NCBI RefSeq assembly: GCF_009914755.1
Contig: NC_060935.1
Length of the DNA stretch: 64,000 nucleotides
Direction: 5' to 3' (one strand)
Origin: the human T2T-CHM13v2.0 reference genome, Homo sapiens
How positions within the stretch are numbered: position 1 is the first letter of the stretch; each line of letters starts with the position of its first letter. The notes beneath the pieces were generated by a model. That model had not been told where the DNA came from and did not search any database. It saw only the letters and a program-made list of their open reading frames with translations. Of this stretch, positions 42,433 to 59,360 are shown one piece after another. Both the position numbers and the translations under genes were made by a program.

Positions 42433-42979
42433 GTTTATTTGAGGTCTTATTTTTCTTAATGTAGGTGTTTATTGCTAGAACTTTCCTCCTATAATTGCTT
42501 TTGCTGCATACCATAAGTTTAGGTATTATGTGTTTCCATTTTCATTTGCCTCAGAATATTCTGTAATTTCCCTTTTGATTTTCTTCTTGGCCTGTTGATT
42601 GTTTAGAAGTATGTTGCTTAATTTTCACATATTTATGATTTTTTCAACTTTCTTCCTGTTACTGATTTTTACTTTTATTTGTTGTGATTGGAAAAAATAC
42701 CTGATATGTTTTCAATATTCTTAAATTTGCTGAAACTACTTTTGTGGCCTAACATAAAACCCATCCATGAGAATGTTCTATGTGTGCTTGAGAAGAATGT
42801 ATATTCTGCTGCTGTTGGATGGATTGTTCTATATATGTTTTTTAGGTCCATTTGATTTAAAGTGTTGTTTAAGCCCAATGTTTTCTTACTGATTTTTGTT
42901 TTTAATGAAACTATCAAATTAGCTAGTAGCTACTGTTCCCAGCAGCCATCACAGGCCTGGATAAAAAAGCACCACTTGA

Positions 42980-43403
<424 letters not shown>

Positions 43404-43659
43404 TAATCAGTGTCCTTTGGTTTCTACCTGAAGAATTGTCTTCATTATTTCTTGTAAGGTAGATCTGGTAGTGATGAATTGCCTCATCTTTTGTTTGCCT
43501 TGGAATATTTTTTCTCCTTCATTTCTGAAAAACAGCTTTGCTGGGTATAATGCTTTTGCCTGACTGTTTTGTTTTTTGTGTTCTTGGTTTTATAGAACAT
43601 TGAATGTAGCATTTCATTTTCTCCTGGCCTGCAAAGTTTTTGTTGCATGGGTTTACTTT

Positions 43660-43976
43660 TTTTTTTTTTTTTTTTTTTTGAGAGACAGAGTCTTGCTCTG
43701 TAGCCCAGGCTAGAGTACAGTGGAGTGCAGTGGCATGATCTCACTCACTGCTACCTCCGCCTCCCAGATCCTGGTTCAAGCAAATCTTCTGCCTCAGCCT
43801 CCCAAGTAGCTGGGATTACAGGCACGCACCACTATGCCCAGCTAATTTTTGTATTTTTAGTAGAGAAGGGGTTTCACCATGTTGGCCAGGCTGGTGTTGA
43901 ACTCCTGACCTCGTGATCCACCCGCCTTGGCCTCCCAAAATGCTGAGATTACAGGCATAAGCCACCGCGCCTGGCA
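43660..43976 (-). mobile_element. AluS with small internal duplications
   Basis: TSD catgggtt[t/c]acttt; gagtacagtg-gagtgcagtg duplication. Confidence 0.94.
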
Positions 43977-45996
43977 ACATGGGTTCACTTTTATGTGATG
44001 AATCACTGTTGAATCGCCGCTCTCAAAATTCTCTTTGACTTTGAATTTGATAATTTGATTATAATGTGTCTTAGTGAAAGCCACTTTTAGTTTGATCATT
44101 TAGAAACTTATAAGCTTTATATAACTATATGTTCATATCTCTTCTCATATTTGGAAAGTTTCTTATTTATTAGTTTACATAAATTTTCTTGCCCTTTGAT
44201 GTTCTCTGTTCCTTCTGAGATTCACATAATGCACATATTGGTTTGCTTGATGATATCTCATCATTCCTGCATGCTTGCTTCACTGCTTTTAGTCTCTTTT
44301 GGTTCCTCTCACTGGTTTATTTCACATGCTCTGTCTCTGATGTTATTCTTTCTTTTGCTTGGTCAAATCTAATGTTGAAGCTGTCTATTAAATTTTCTGT
44401 TGAAACATTGTATTATTTATCTATATAATATATGTTTCGTGTTTTCTTATGGTTTCTATCTCTTTGTTGAGCATCTCTTTTTATCTCCTTTTTTTCTGAT
44501 ATATTTAGTTGTCTATATGAGTTTCCTTAAGACTACTATTTTAAATTCACTTTCAGGCAATTTGTAGACCTCCACCTACTTGAAACCAACCACTGGAGCT
44601 TTATCTTGTTCATTTGTTGGTGTAATATATTCTTGATACTTCATGTTCCTTTCATTGCTGTCTTTGTATTTGAAAAAGCAGTCACATCCTCCAGTTTTTA
44701 CTGACTGGCTTTGAGAGAGAAAGGTCTTCACTAGTGAGACCAGCAAGAGATTCTTGACATCTCTTAGATCTTTTCTATGGTTGCACCCATTCTACTCTTC
44801 TTGTTTTCTTCTAGGGGAAAGTTTTAGGATTGTGCGGCTCTCTAGAACACACAAAATTAGGCCCAGTGCTGTCAGTCTTCCATTTATTTTTCCTGAATCA
44901 GTGCCCTGAAATGTTTAAGGTTGTGAATCTTCTCCTCTCTGCTCCTGATATTTATATGCTATCTGTGGAACTTCATATAAGTTATATATAGGAATATGTG
45001 GAAAACTGTCCACTGTAGGTGACACCTCTTGGTGTCTGTGACCCAGTTAGCAGAATCTGTGGCCTGCTGTTTACAACTGCACACTGCCTGCTGTGTACAC
45101 CCACCCATTCTCTCTCTTCCTATCATCAGGAAATTGCCATACCTGAGACATTCAGCTTTGCTGATTCTCTCAGTGTTCCATGTGAGGGAAGAGACAGAAG
45201 TGGGCCTCCTGGATGGTTTCCCAAAAGACTGGGTGAGCTGGGCGCTCATTTTGCACTCACCTTTCCCTGTGGGAGAAATTGCAGGCCAAAGGGGCCTCTC
45301 TCAGCATCAAACTGTACCACTTTGGGGGAGGAGTAATGTGAGTAAAATGAAACTGCTCTGTTAACTAATACCTTTTTTATGTATTTAATCAGATTTTTGG
45401 TGCCACTGTGGTGCTTAAAACCTCTAAGCTAGACCCCGGAATCCACAAAGTTATTCTTCTCAATGGCTGGTTGTCAAAATTGATGTTTCCTTTAGTGTAT
45501 GAGGCTAAAACCTCCTATTCAACCTTACTGCCCGTTTCCCATAAACTGGACATTTTAGATAATTCATTAAAGCAACTCCATACTGTAAATTGTTTTTTCG
45601 GTTTTTTTTTTTTTTTTTTTTTTTAAGTAATTTGCCTGGACTTAAACTGCAAAATCTTCCTCCTCTCAAAAAACGATAGCCCCTGCTATTTACTATTATT
45701 GTTATTGTTTTTTATTTTTATCTCTTAGGCCAACTTTTGAAGCAGCACCCAATGTGTCATATTACTTAGTTGTCAGCTAATGCTTTGAGCGGAAGTTTTG
45801 TTCAAGCTCATCAAACCTGAGAGGCTTCTAACTAATGCTGATTGATCTATCCGTGGGTTGAGAAACATATTCAAAATTCATCCAGTTCTTTAAAACTTAT
45901 TTGACTTCAGTGTCACTGTTCTCTTCAGTGTCTTCCCTTTGCAGCAGTATAGTTTTCAAAAAACCAGAGATGTCTTAGAGGTTATTTAATTCAGTA

Positions 45997-46397
45997 TGTA
46001 TTCGTTTTTTAAGGCTACCATAGAAAAATAACACACTGAGTGGCTTAAAGATCAAACATGTATTTTCTCATAGTTCTGGGGGCTAGAAGTCCAAAGTCAA
46101 AGTATTGTTATGTTTGTTTGTTTATTGTCTCCTGAGGCCTTTCTCCTTGGCTTGCAGATGGCTGCCTTCTTACTGTGTGCTCACATGGCCCTTTCTCTGT
46201 GTGAATACATCCTCTATATCTCTCCTTCCTTTATATGGACATCAGTCTTATTGGATCATGGCCCACCTATATGACCTTATTTAACTGTGATCATCTCTTT
46301 AAAGACCTTATGTTCAAATGCAATCACATTCTGAGATGTATTAAAAGTCAGGACTTTAAAATATAAATTTTGGGAGGATACAATTCAATCTGATACA
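45997..46397 (-). mobile_element. MLT1B-like MaLR LTR
   Basis: catagttctgggggctagaagtccaa...ggcttgcagatggctgccttc. Confidence 0.85.
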
Positions 46398-46980
46398 CTA
46401 TGACTCTTCCTTTTTTCCAGGATCTCTGTCTGTTCCTGGTTGGTCCACTATTTATCCTAATCAAGGTCATAACTCTGAATACTAGAAGCAAGGTGTTTTC
46501 CCCATATACTTTCTACCACTTTTAGTTGACTAAACCTTGGGCTTTTGCCTGCAACCCTCATGCCAAATTGAATCTGCACACTCTGGCAGCACAGCTGCTT
46601 GCTTTTGCAGCCAAATCTGCTCTTGGTAAAACTGTAGTTCTTCACAATTTGGTGTGAGGATCAAGAATAGTAACAGGCCCCAGCAATGAATGAGCAGATT
46701 CCCATTTTCTCTTACCCAAAGAATTATCAGTTTATTTTAAAATACTTCTACGTTTATTGTATGCCTTTCATTAATTTCTAGAAACTTGAAATTTTTGTTA
46801 TCAGAAATTCTGTTCCATTTTACACTTTTGTTTTCTTTTATGTGTATGTTTTTCTCTCCTTCCCCACCCCCAATTTTTTTGTGTGTGATAGGATTTGCCA
46901 ACTTCTTTATTCCTTCACATATGGGAATTAAACCTCTTCTGAGTTTTGCTTTTGCTCTAACAAATTCCTCTTGGGTTTAA

Positions 46981-49919
<2,939 letters not shown>

Positions 49920-50085
49920 AAGAATACATCTTTTAGTTCTGATCTAGGAGGTTTCTGTTAACAAATTTTCTGAGTTCTTGTAGATCTTAAAATGTCTTCA
50001 TTCAATAAATTTTGACTGGATACAGAATTTAAGACTAAACATTATTTTTTCTCTAGATATGAAAACTTTTTAATAATATATATAA

Positions 50086-50545
<460 letters not shown>

Positions 50546-51204
50546 GTTCTATATATTTTTAAATGTTCTTAAGTTTCAATAAAAAATATATATGTATGTG
50601 CTATTTTTGATGCATGTGAACCTAAAGGATATTTCAATCTTCTTATAGAATCTCTTGACCTAGCCCACTTGTTTCCTGTGAAGCACCTACACATAGCAGA
50701 TATTCTGTGGAGAAAACTGCTCATGCTAATGATTTCTATTTACGCTTTCTAGACCAAATCCTCTCCCAAGTCTGAAGAGACAAAAGACAGTGTCCTTAAG
50801 GAAAAGAGACTTGCAATAAAAAGCTTATCTCAGGACAGTCCTTTTTTTCATTAAATTTACTTCTTTTCCTCATTTTTTTCACAGCTCTCTAATGCCTTTA
50901 AAGATACAATTTTTTTTTAAGATAGCCTGCTAGGATTTGCTGTATATTTCTCAGAAATAGAATTTGTCTACCAGTTTTTATTTATTATTATTGAGTATTA
51001 ATTTTTTATTTTACCTGCATATATTAGCAATTATGTGATCATAGTATCACGAAAGGTGACATAATCTATGTTAAATATTTTTGCTTTGTCTGTTTTTAAA
51101 AAACTCTCCAAACTGACTATTCAACCCTTTTAAGCCTTTGAAATTACCATTTGTTGAAGTATTTTCCAACTAACAATGTTCTCTGAACCAAATAATAATC
51201 TGGT

Positions 51205-54200
51205 TATTTTGTTTTTTTGGTTCTTTTTTTTGAGTTCATAAGTAGGCATATATATTTATGGGTTATATGAGATACTTTAATACAGGCATCAGTGTATAAT
51301 AATTATATCAGGGTAAATGGGGTATCCATCACCTCAAGCAACTATCATTTCTTTGTGTTATGAGCATTTCAATTATACTTTTAATTATTTTTAACCCTGT
51401 AATAAATCATTGTTGACTGTGGTCACCCTGTTGTGCTATCAAGTGCTAGATCTTATTCATTCTATCTAATTATATTCTTGTACACATTAATCATCACCAC
51501 CTCCTGCCCCCTTCCCACTAGCCTTCTCACTATCCTTTTTTAATTCTCTATGGCCTTGAATTCAAATGTTTTAATTTTTAGTTCCTGTACATGACTGAGA
51601 ACATGCAAAGTTTCTCTTTCAGTGCCTGGCTTATTTCGCTTAAGACAGGGTGCTCCATGTCTGTCTGTGTTGTAAATGACAGGATCTCATTTTTATTTTT
51701 ATTTTTTGGCTGCATAGAACTCTGCTGGGTATATATACCATATTTTATTTATATTAATATGTGCATCTGTTGATGGACACTTAGGTTTATTCCAAATATT
51801 GGTTTCCATGAATAGTTCTGCAATAAACATGGGAGTACAGCAAAGGATATACTGAATTTCTTTCTTCTGGATATATACCTAGCAGTAGGCTGCTGGATTG
51901 TATGTGTTTTATTTTTAGTTTTCTGAGAAACTTCCATAATCTTCTCCATAGTGGCTGTAGTAATTTACATTCCCACCAACAGTGTATGAGGGCTCCCTTT
52001 TCTCCACGCTCTAACCAACATTCATTATTGCCTATCTTTAGGATAAGAGCCATTTTAACTGTAGTTCTCATTGTAGTTTCAATTTGCATTTCTCTGAGGA
52101 TGAGTAATATTGACCACCTTTTCATATGTCTGGTTGCTATTTGTATGTCTTTTTTCAGAAATGCCTATAAATTTGCCTTTTTTTTTTTTTTTTTTTTTTT
52201 CAGAGGGAGTCTCTCTCTCTGTCACCAGGCTGGAGTCAGTGACATGATGTCAGCTCACTGCAACCTCTGCCTCCTGGGTTCAAGTGATTCCCCTGCCTCA
52301 GCCTCCTGAGTAGCTGGGACTACAGGTGTGCACCACCATGCCCAGCTGAGTTTTGTATTTTTACTAGAGACGGAGTTTCACCATGTTGGCCAGGATGCTC
52401 TCAATCTCCTGACTTCATGATCTGCTTGCCTCGGCCTCCCAAAGTGCTGGTATTACAGGCATGAGCCACAGCACCCAGCCTCATTTACCTATTTCTTAGT
52501 CAGATTATTAGATGTTTCCCTATTGAGTTGAGTTCCTTATATATTCTGCTTATTAATCTCTTGTCAGATAGATAGTTTGCAAATATTTTCTTCCATTCCA
52601 TGGGTTGTCTCTTCACTTTGTTAATTGCTTCCTTTTCTGTGCAGAGCTTTTTAATTTTACATGATGTTATTTGTCCATTTTCATTTGGTTGTCTGTGCTT
52701 TTGAGGTGTTACTCAAGAAACCTGTGCCCAGACCAGTACCCTGAAGAGTTTCCTTGATGTTTACTTGCAGTAGTTTCATAGTTTGAGGTCTTAGATTTAT
52801 GTCTTCAATCCACTTTGATTTGATTTTTGTATGTGGTGAGAGATAGGGGCCTAGTTTTTTTCTTCCACATATGTATACCCAATTTTCCCAGCACCATTTA
52901 TTGAAGAGACTGTTTGCCAGTGTATACTTTTGGCACCTTTATTGAAAATGAGTTCACTGTAGATGCATGGATTTATTTCTGAGTTCACTATTCTATTGTA
53001 TGTATCTGTTTCTATGCCAGTACAATGCTGTTTTGTTTACTATAGCTCTGTAATATAAAGGCAAGAAATGTAATTTCTCCAGTTTTGTTCATTTTATTCA
53101 GAACAGCTTCAGCTATTCCAAGTCTTTTTTAGTTTCATAGTAATTTTAGGATTTTTTTTCTATTTCTTTGAAGAATGTTATCAGTATTTTTATAGAGAGT
53201 GCATTGAATCTGTCAATTGCTTTCAGTAGAATGGGCATTTTAATAATATTGAGTCTTCCAATTGATGAACATGAAATATTTTTCCACTTTTTGTGTCCTT
53301 TTCAATTTTTTGAATTTATGTTTTTTTAGTTTTTATTGTAGGGATCTTTCACTTCTTTGATTAAGTTTATTCCTTGGCCTTTCACTTTAACTGTAGCTGT
53401 TGTAAATGGGATTACTTTCTTGACTTTTTAAGATCGTTTGCTGTTGGCATATGGAAATACTACTGATTTTTGTATATTGATTTTTTATTCCACTTTACTA
53501 AATTTATCAGTTCTAATGGTGTTTTAGTGGAGTCGTTAGATGTTTCCAGATATAAAATAATATTATCTGCAAATAGGATAATTTGGCTTCCTTTTCAATT
53601 TGGACAACGTTTGTTTATTTCTCTTGTCTCATTGCTTTACCTAGGACTTCCAGCACTATGTTGAATAATGATGGAAAAGTGGGCATCCTTTTTTGTTCTA
53701 GATCTTGGAAGAGGCTTTCATCAGTTTTTCCACAGTCAGTATGATACTAGCTCTGGGTCTGTCATATATGGCTTTTATGTTGTTGAGGTATGTTCCTTCT
53801 ATACCCAGTTTTTTGAGGGTTTTTATTACGAACAGATGTTAAATTTTACCAAATGGTTCTTCAGCATCAATTGAAATGATCACATAATTTTTGTCCTTCA
53901 TTCTTTTGATATGATGTATCACATTGATTGATTTGTGGAACCATCCTTGCATCCCTGGGATGAATCCCATTTGGTCATGATTAATGATTTTTTTAATGTG
54001 TTGATGAATTCAGTTTGCTAGGTTTTTGTTGAAGATTTTTACCACAATCTTCCTCAGAAATATTAGCCTGTAGTTTTGTTTTTTTTGTATGTCTTTGTCT
54101 GATTTTGGCTTCATAGAATGACTTTGGAAATATTCGCTCCTCCTCTGTTTGTTGGAATAGTTTGAATAGGATGGATATATATTTTTGTTACTGTTTGGTA

Positions 54201-56065
54201 GCATGGAAGCCATCAAATTCTGGCTATTTTTGTTGGGAGCCTTTTTATTATAATCTTCAATCACTTTGCTTGTTATTGGTCCATTCAGGTTTTAGATTTC
54301 TTAATGGTTCAATATTGGTAGGTTGTATGTATCATGGAATTCATTCATTTCTTATAGGTTTTTCAATTTATTGGCATATAATTGCTCATAGTAGTCTCTA
54401 ATATTCCTTTGAATTTCTGTAATATAAATTGTCATGTCTCTTTTTTCACTTCTGATTATATGTATTTAGGTCTTCTCTCTTTTCTTAGTCTGCTAAAGGT
54501 TTGTTGATTTTATTTATCTTTTCAAAAGAAAACCAACTTTTCATTTGTTGATCTTTTATGTATATTAATTTTATTTGTTTCTTCTCTGATCTTTATTATT
54601 TATTTTCTTCTACTAATTTTGTGTTTGATTTGCTCTTGCTTTTTTAGTTCTTAAAGATGCATAATTAAGTTGTATATTTAAAGTCTTTCTACTTTTTTGT
54701 AAGTGCTTATTGCTATAAACTTTCCTCTTGGTACTGCTTTTGCTGTATCACTTAGGCTTTGGTATGCTGTGTTTCCATTTTTATTTTTTTCAAAAAACTT
54801 TCATTTTCTTCTTATTTCCTTTATCCACTGATGATTTAGAAGCATATTGTTTAATTTCCATGTATCTGTATAGTTTTAAAATTCTTTGTTATTGAGTTCT
54901 AGTTATATTACATTATGATCAGAGGAGATATGTGAGATGATTTCAAATTTTTTGAATTTTTTTAAACTTTTATGTGGCATAACATAACGTCTCTCCTTAA
55001 GAATAATCCATGTGCTGAGGAGAAGAGTACACATTCAGCAGCCATTGGATAAGACCTTCTGTAAATAGCTTAGGTCCATTTGATCTATAGTGCAGATTAA
55101 GTTCAATATTTCTTTGTTGATTTTCTATCTGGATGCTCTTTCCAATGCTGAAAGTGTGGCATTGGAAACTCTGGCTTTGATTGTATGTGAGTCTATATCT
55201 CTCTTTAGCTCTAATAATATTTGCTTTATATATATATATATGGGTACTGCATTGTTGGATGCATATATATTTACAGTTGTTATATGTTCTTGTTGAATTG
55301 ACTCCTTTATCATTATATAATGACCCTCCTTGTCTCTTTTTATAGTTTTCTTCTTGAAATCTATTTTATTTGATATAAATATATCTACTCCTTCCTTTTG
55401 TAGTTTCCATTTGCATGGAACATATTTTCCATCCTTTTATGTTCAGTCTGTGTGTGTCTTTATTCATGAAGTGTGCTTCTTGAAGGAAGCAGATGGGTCT
55501 TGCTTTTTTATTCATCCAGCCACTCTGTATATTTTGATTAAAGAGTTCAGCACATTTACCTTCAATGATATTATTGATAATAAGGACTTATTCCTGCCAT
55601 TGTGTTATTTGTTTTCTGGTTGTTTTGTGGTCGTCTCTTTCTTCCTTCTTTCCTGTATTCCTTTTTAGGAAAGTGATTTTCTCTGATGGTATTATTGAAT
55701 TTCTTGCTTTTTAGTTTTTGTGTATCTGTTGTAGGTTTTTATTTTTTTTAATTTGAGGTTACCATGAGACTTTCAAATACCATCTTATAATCCATTATTT
55801 TAAACTGATAACAACTAAACTCTGATGCAAAAATTAACAAACAAACAAGAAGGAATAACTAACAGAAACTCTACATATTAATTTCAGCTTCCTCCACTTT
55901 TAAACTGTCTTTGTTTCTGTTTAAATGTTATTATACTGTCTATGCCTTAAAAAGTTGTCAAAGATATTACTTTTGATAGGTTTCTATTTTTGTTTTCCTA
56001 CTCAAGATATTAGTAGTTTAGTTTACACACTACAATTACAGTGTTATAATATGTTGTATTTTTCT
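51205..56065 (-). mobile_element. L1MA-like element, long fragment
   Basis: 3'UTR from about 51210; ORF2 peptides in ORFs 51787-52125 and 55125-55313. Confidence 0.85.
52178..52480 (-). mobile_element. AluSc-like nested in L1
   Basis: Full antisense Alu. Confidence 0.94.
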
Positions 56066-56149
56066 GTGAGTCAAGATTTCACATTTCTACCACTTAATTT
56101 ATGCTAAATAGTTTTTAATCAGTTAATAGAAGTTAGTTGTATACATTAC

Positions 56150-57220
56150 TTATTTGTGTGGGGCTAGGGTATGGGAAATATGAAAAATAGTAATTCATAT
56201 GGTGAGAACAAAACATGACAAAACCTGGAGGTGGAGATGCACATGAGCTAAACAAAACTAAGGAAACGAAAGTATGATGGTGTGAAGAATACAGGCTAAT
56301 GGGAAGCATGGCATGATATAAGGCTGTGAAAGAAATTGTAAATTACATTGAAACTTTGAAGTTGTTCTTGTAGACTATGGTATTTATTCTTAAAGAATGA
56401 GATTTTGTTTAATACATTGATTACCCATTACATAAAATCTATGTACATAATAACACACCATATGTTAATCATGGGATTGACTTAGGTAATTTGTAATGGT
56501 AAAATTATTCTTGCCACAGTATATAGAATATAGTGGAATTAAGAATAATTCATAAAGAAATTAGTGCTGTATTACAGGTGATTGCTGAAGAGTATCAAAT
56601 GGGAAAAGTATAAATGTGGAAAAATGAATGGATTATAGAGATTTTGTGGCATAGCATGGACATAATATGGAATTGATTAGCTGTGGACTCAAAGGTAAAA
56701 GATAAAGAGATTAATTATTACATTCAGATTTCTGGTGTAAGAAAATATATTGATCAAGGTAGTACGCAGGATAAGTGAAAAGAATCAGGTCTGTAGGGGG
56801 GAATAAATGAATTTAGTTCTGTTCACATTAGTTTTAAAGGGCTTATAAGACAACTAAATGGGGATATAAAATAGGCTCAGGATTTTTTTTTTTTTTGGAC
56901 AGTGTGAGGAAATGTCAGGGCTAGTGTAAATATAAAAAAAAGAGATTAACAACAAACCCATAAAAATGGTACGGTAATCTAGGAAAGGATATTCATTGTA
57001 GATAATAAAATAATATAGGACATATCTTGTGGAAATTAAACATTTAAGGAGTGATGGGATGCATAGCCATTGGCAAAGTGGCTGAAACAGAGCAGCTAGT
57101 GAAACAAAAAGAATGAGAAAAACCAAAGCAAATGAACAAATAAAGGGGAACGTGTGTTATAACAAAAGCCAGTGAACAAAGTGATTTAAAGTAGGAACAA
57201 GTGATGAGCAGAGGTAATTA
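56150..57220 (-). mobile_element. L2 fragments
   Basis: Purine-rich decayed L2-like sequence. Confidence 0.5.
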
Positions 57221-57229
57221 CTATAAACT

Positions 57230-58510
57230 AGTGATTCCTGACTGATTTTTCTCTTTCACACTGTTTCTCTCATCCATCCACATGTAAAGTTTATCCCCAG
57301 CGTGAGTTCTCCTTGCATCATCCATTTGTTACCAATCTTCTGTAATCTTTTGTCTATCTTATGTAATCACTTCTCAACTGGTTTCACTGCTTCCACTTTG
57401 GGCCCTTACAGCAAATTCCTCAAATAAGAGCAATAATGATATTTCAAAAATGCAAGTTAAAAAATGTAAATCAAATCAGGTTAATGCCCTACTCTCAACT
57501 TTCGACAGTTTCCTGTAACACTTGCAATAAAATCTAAACTGATTACAAGAGACTTTACATCCTCTGATATCCTCTCTGAACTTATGCCTTAATCCACTTT
57601 GATTACTGTATTCTAGTCACAGTGATCTCATTGACAGTTCCTGGACATGTGAATCATATTTTTGACTCAAGAACTTTTCAGGTAGTTTTTTTTTATAATA
57701 GATTGATTACAAAAATAACTATAATTCTTAACTCCTATCTGTATCCACTCCTATCTGTATCATTTCTAAAATGATTCTGCCACTCATTCCAGCAACACAT
57801 AGTCTCCTTCCTTCAGCCCATGACTTTAGGCTGACCTTGTGATTTTCCTAGGCCAAAAGAATGTAATGAAAGTGATGGAAGATTAGTTAAAAATGTAGGC
57901 CTCAAGAACCTTTGAGTACCTTCCTCTCTTTCTTGAACCTCAATAATGAGCTAGCATGATAAAGAATGAGGGAGCTGGAGGTGGAGTAGAGCTGATATAA
58001 TCTTGCAAGCCAATCCTAGATTAGTCAACTCCCATCTACCTGGCAGCTGAAACAGGTGTATAGCAGAGCCCACCTAGATAGTATCATCCAAAGTTGGCCT
58101 AGACTAAAAGAATGATCCAAAGACCCATGAACTCATGAATTAAACAAATGCTAATTGTTTTGAGTCAGCAAGTTCTGGGGTGGCTTTGTTACATAGCAAT
58201 AGCTTAATGATACAATTCTCTTTGCTTGGTATAATAGTCTATAAGACATTTTCATTATAGCATCCTCACTTTATTTAAGTGAGCACTTAGTATGCTACTG
58301 CTTCAGAAAATACTTCTCTGACCATCTTTTCTAAAATCACTCTTTTATCCTACATTATTCCTTCATTGTGCAAATAAACTAACAATTCTATCAATTCATT
58401 AGGTATTTGTTTTTATTTAACCTTATCATCTTTGTTTTAGTGTTAAATGTACAATAAAAATATAGTACTTCAGTATACCTGGCACAATGGAAGAGATGTA
58501 TAATATTGTG
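57230..58510 (+). mobile_element. L2 3' region interrupted by a MaLR LTR
   Basis: L2-like at 57230-57685, resuming at about 58215 to cctggcacaatgg. Confidence 0.6.
57695..58214 (+). mobile_element. MLT1 (H/I-like) LTR
   Basis: Ends ttgttacatagcaatagcttaatgataca. Confidence 0.7.
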
Positions 58511-58676
58511 TTTTATTTTACAGTTTGCACTACATAAATCCACACTTTTCATCTCTTTGATGAATTTCTTTATCAAGTTTTACGGTAACTCAAGTAAATT
58601 GTCCCTCTGAAGGTCCATTTCACATGGTTTATGACATATCAAAATTCTGGGGTGACTACAACTTAAGAAATCAAGC

Positions 58677-59360
58677 AACAGGTGCTGGACAGGATGTGGA
58701 GAAATAGGAACACTTTTACACTGTTGGTGGGACTGTAAAGTAGTTCAACCATTGTGGAAGTCAGTGTGGCGATTCCTCAGGGATCTAGAACTAGAAATAC
58801 CGTTTGACCTAGCAATCTCATTACTGGGTATATACCCAAAGGATTATAAAACATGCTGCTATAAAGACACATGCACACGTATGTTTATTGCGGCACTATT
58901 CACAATAGCAAAGACTTGGAACCAACCCAAGTGTCCAACAATCATAGACTGGATTAAGAAAATGTGGCACATATACACCATTGAATACTATGCAGCCATA
59001 AAAAAGGATGAGTTCATGTCCTTTGTAGGGACATGGATGAAGCTGGAAACCATCATTCTCAGCAAACTATCGCAAGGACAAAAAACCAAACACTGCATGT
59101 TCTCACTCATAGGTGGGAATTGAACAATGAGAACACATGGACACAGGAAGGGGAACATCACACACCGGGGCCTGTTGTGGGGTGGGGGGAGGGGGGAGGG
59201 ATAGCGTTAGAAGATATACCTAATGTTAAATGATGAGTTAATGGGTGCAGCACACCAACATTGCACATGTATACATATGTAACAAACCTGCACGTTGTGC
59301 GCATGTACCCTAAAACTTAAAGTATAATAATAAAAAATAAAAAAATTTAAAAATTAAAAA
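58677..59360 (+). mobile_element. 5'-truncated L1PA (about PA4-PA5)
   Basis: ORF2 tail (ORF 58752-59123), 3'UTR, A tail; TSD aag[a/t]aatcaagc at 58665-58676 and 59361-59372. Confidence 0.95.
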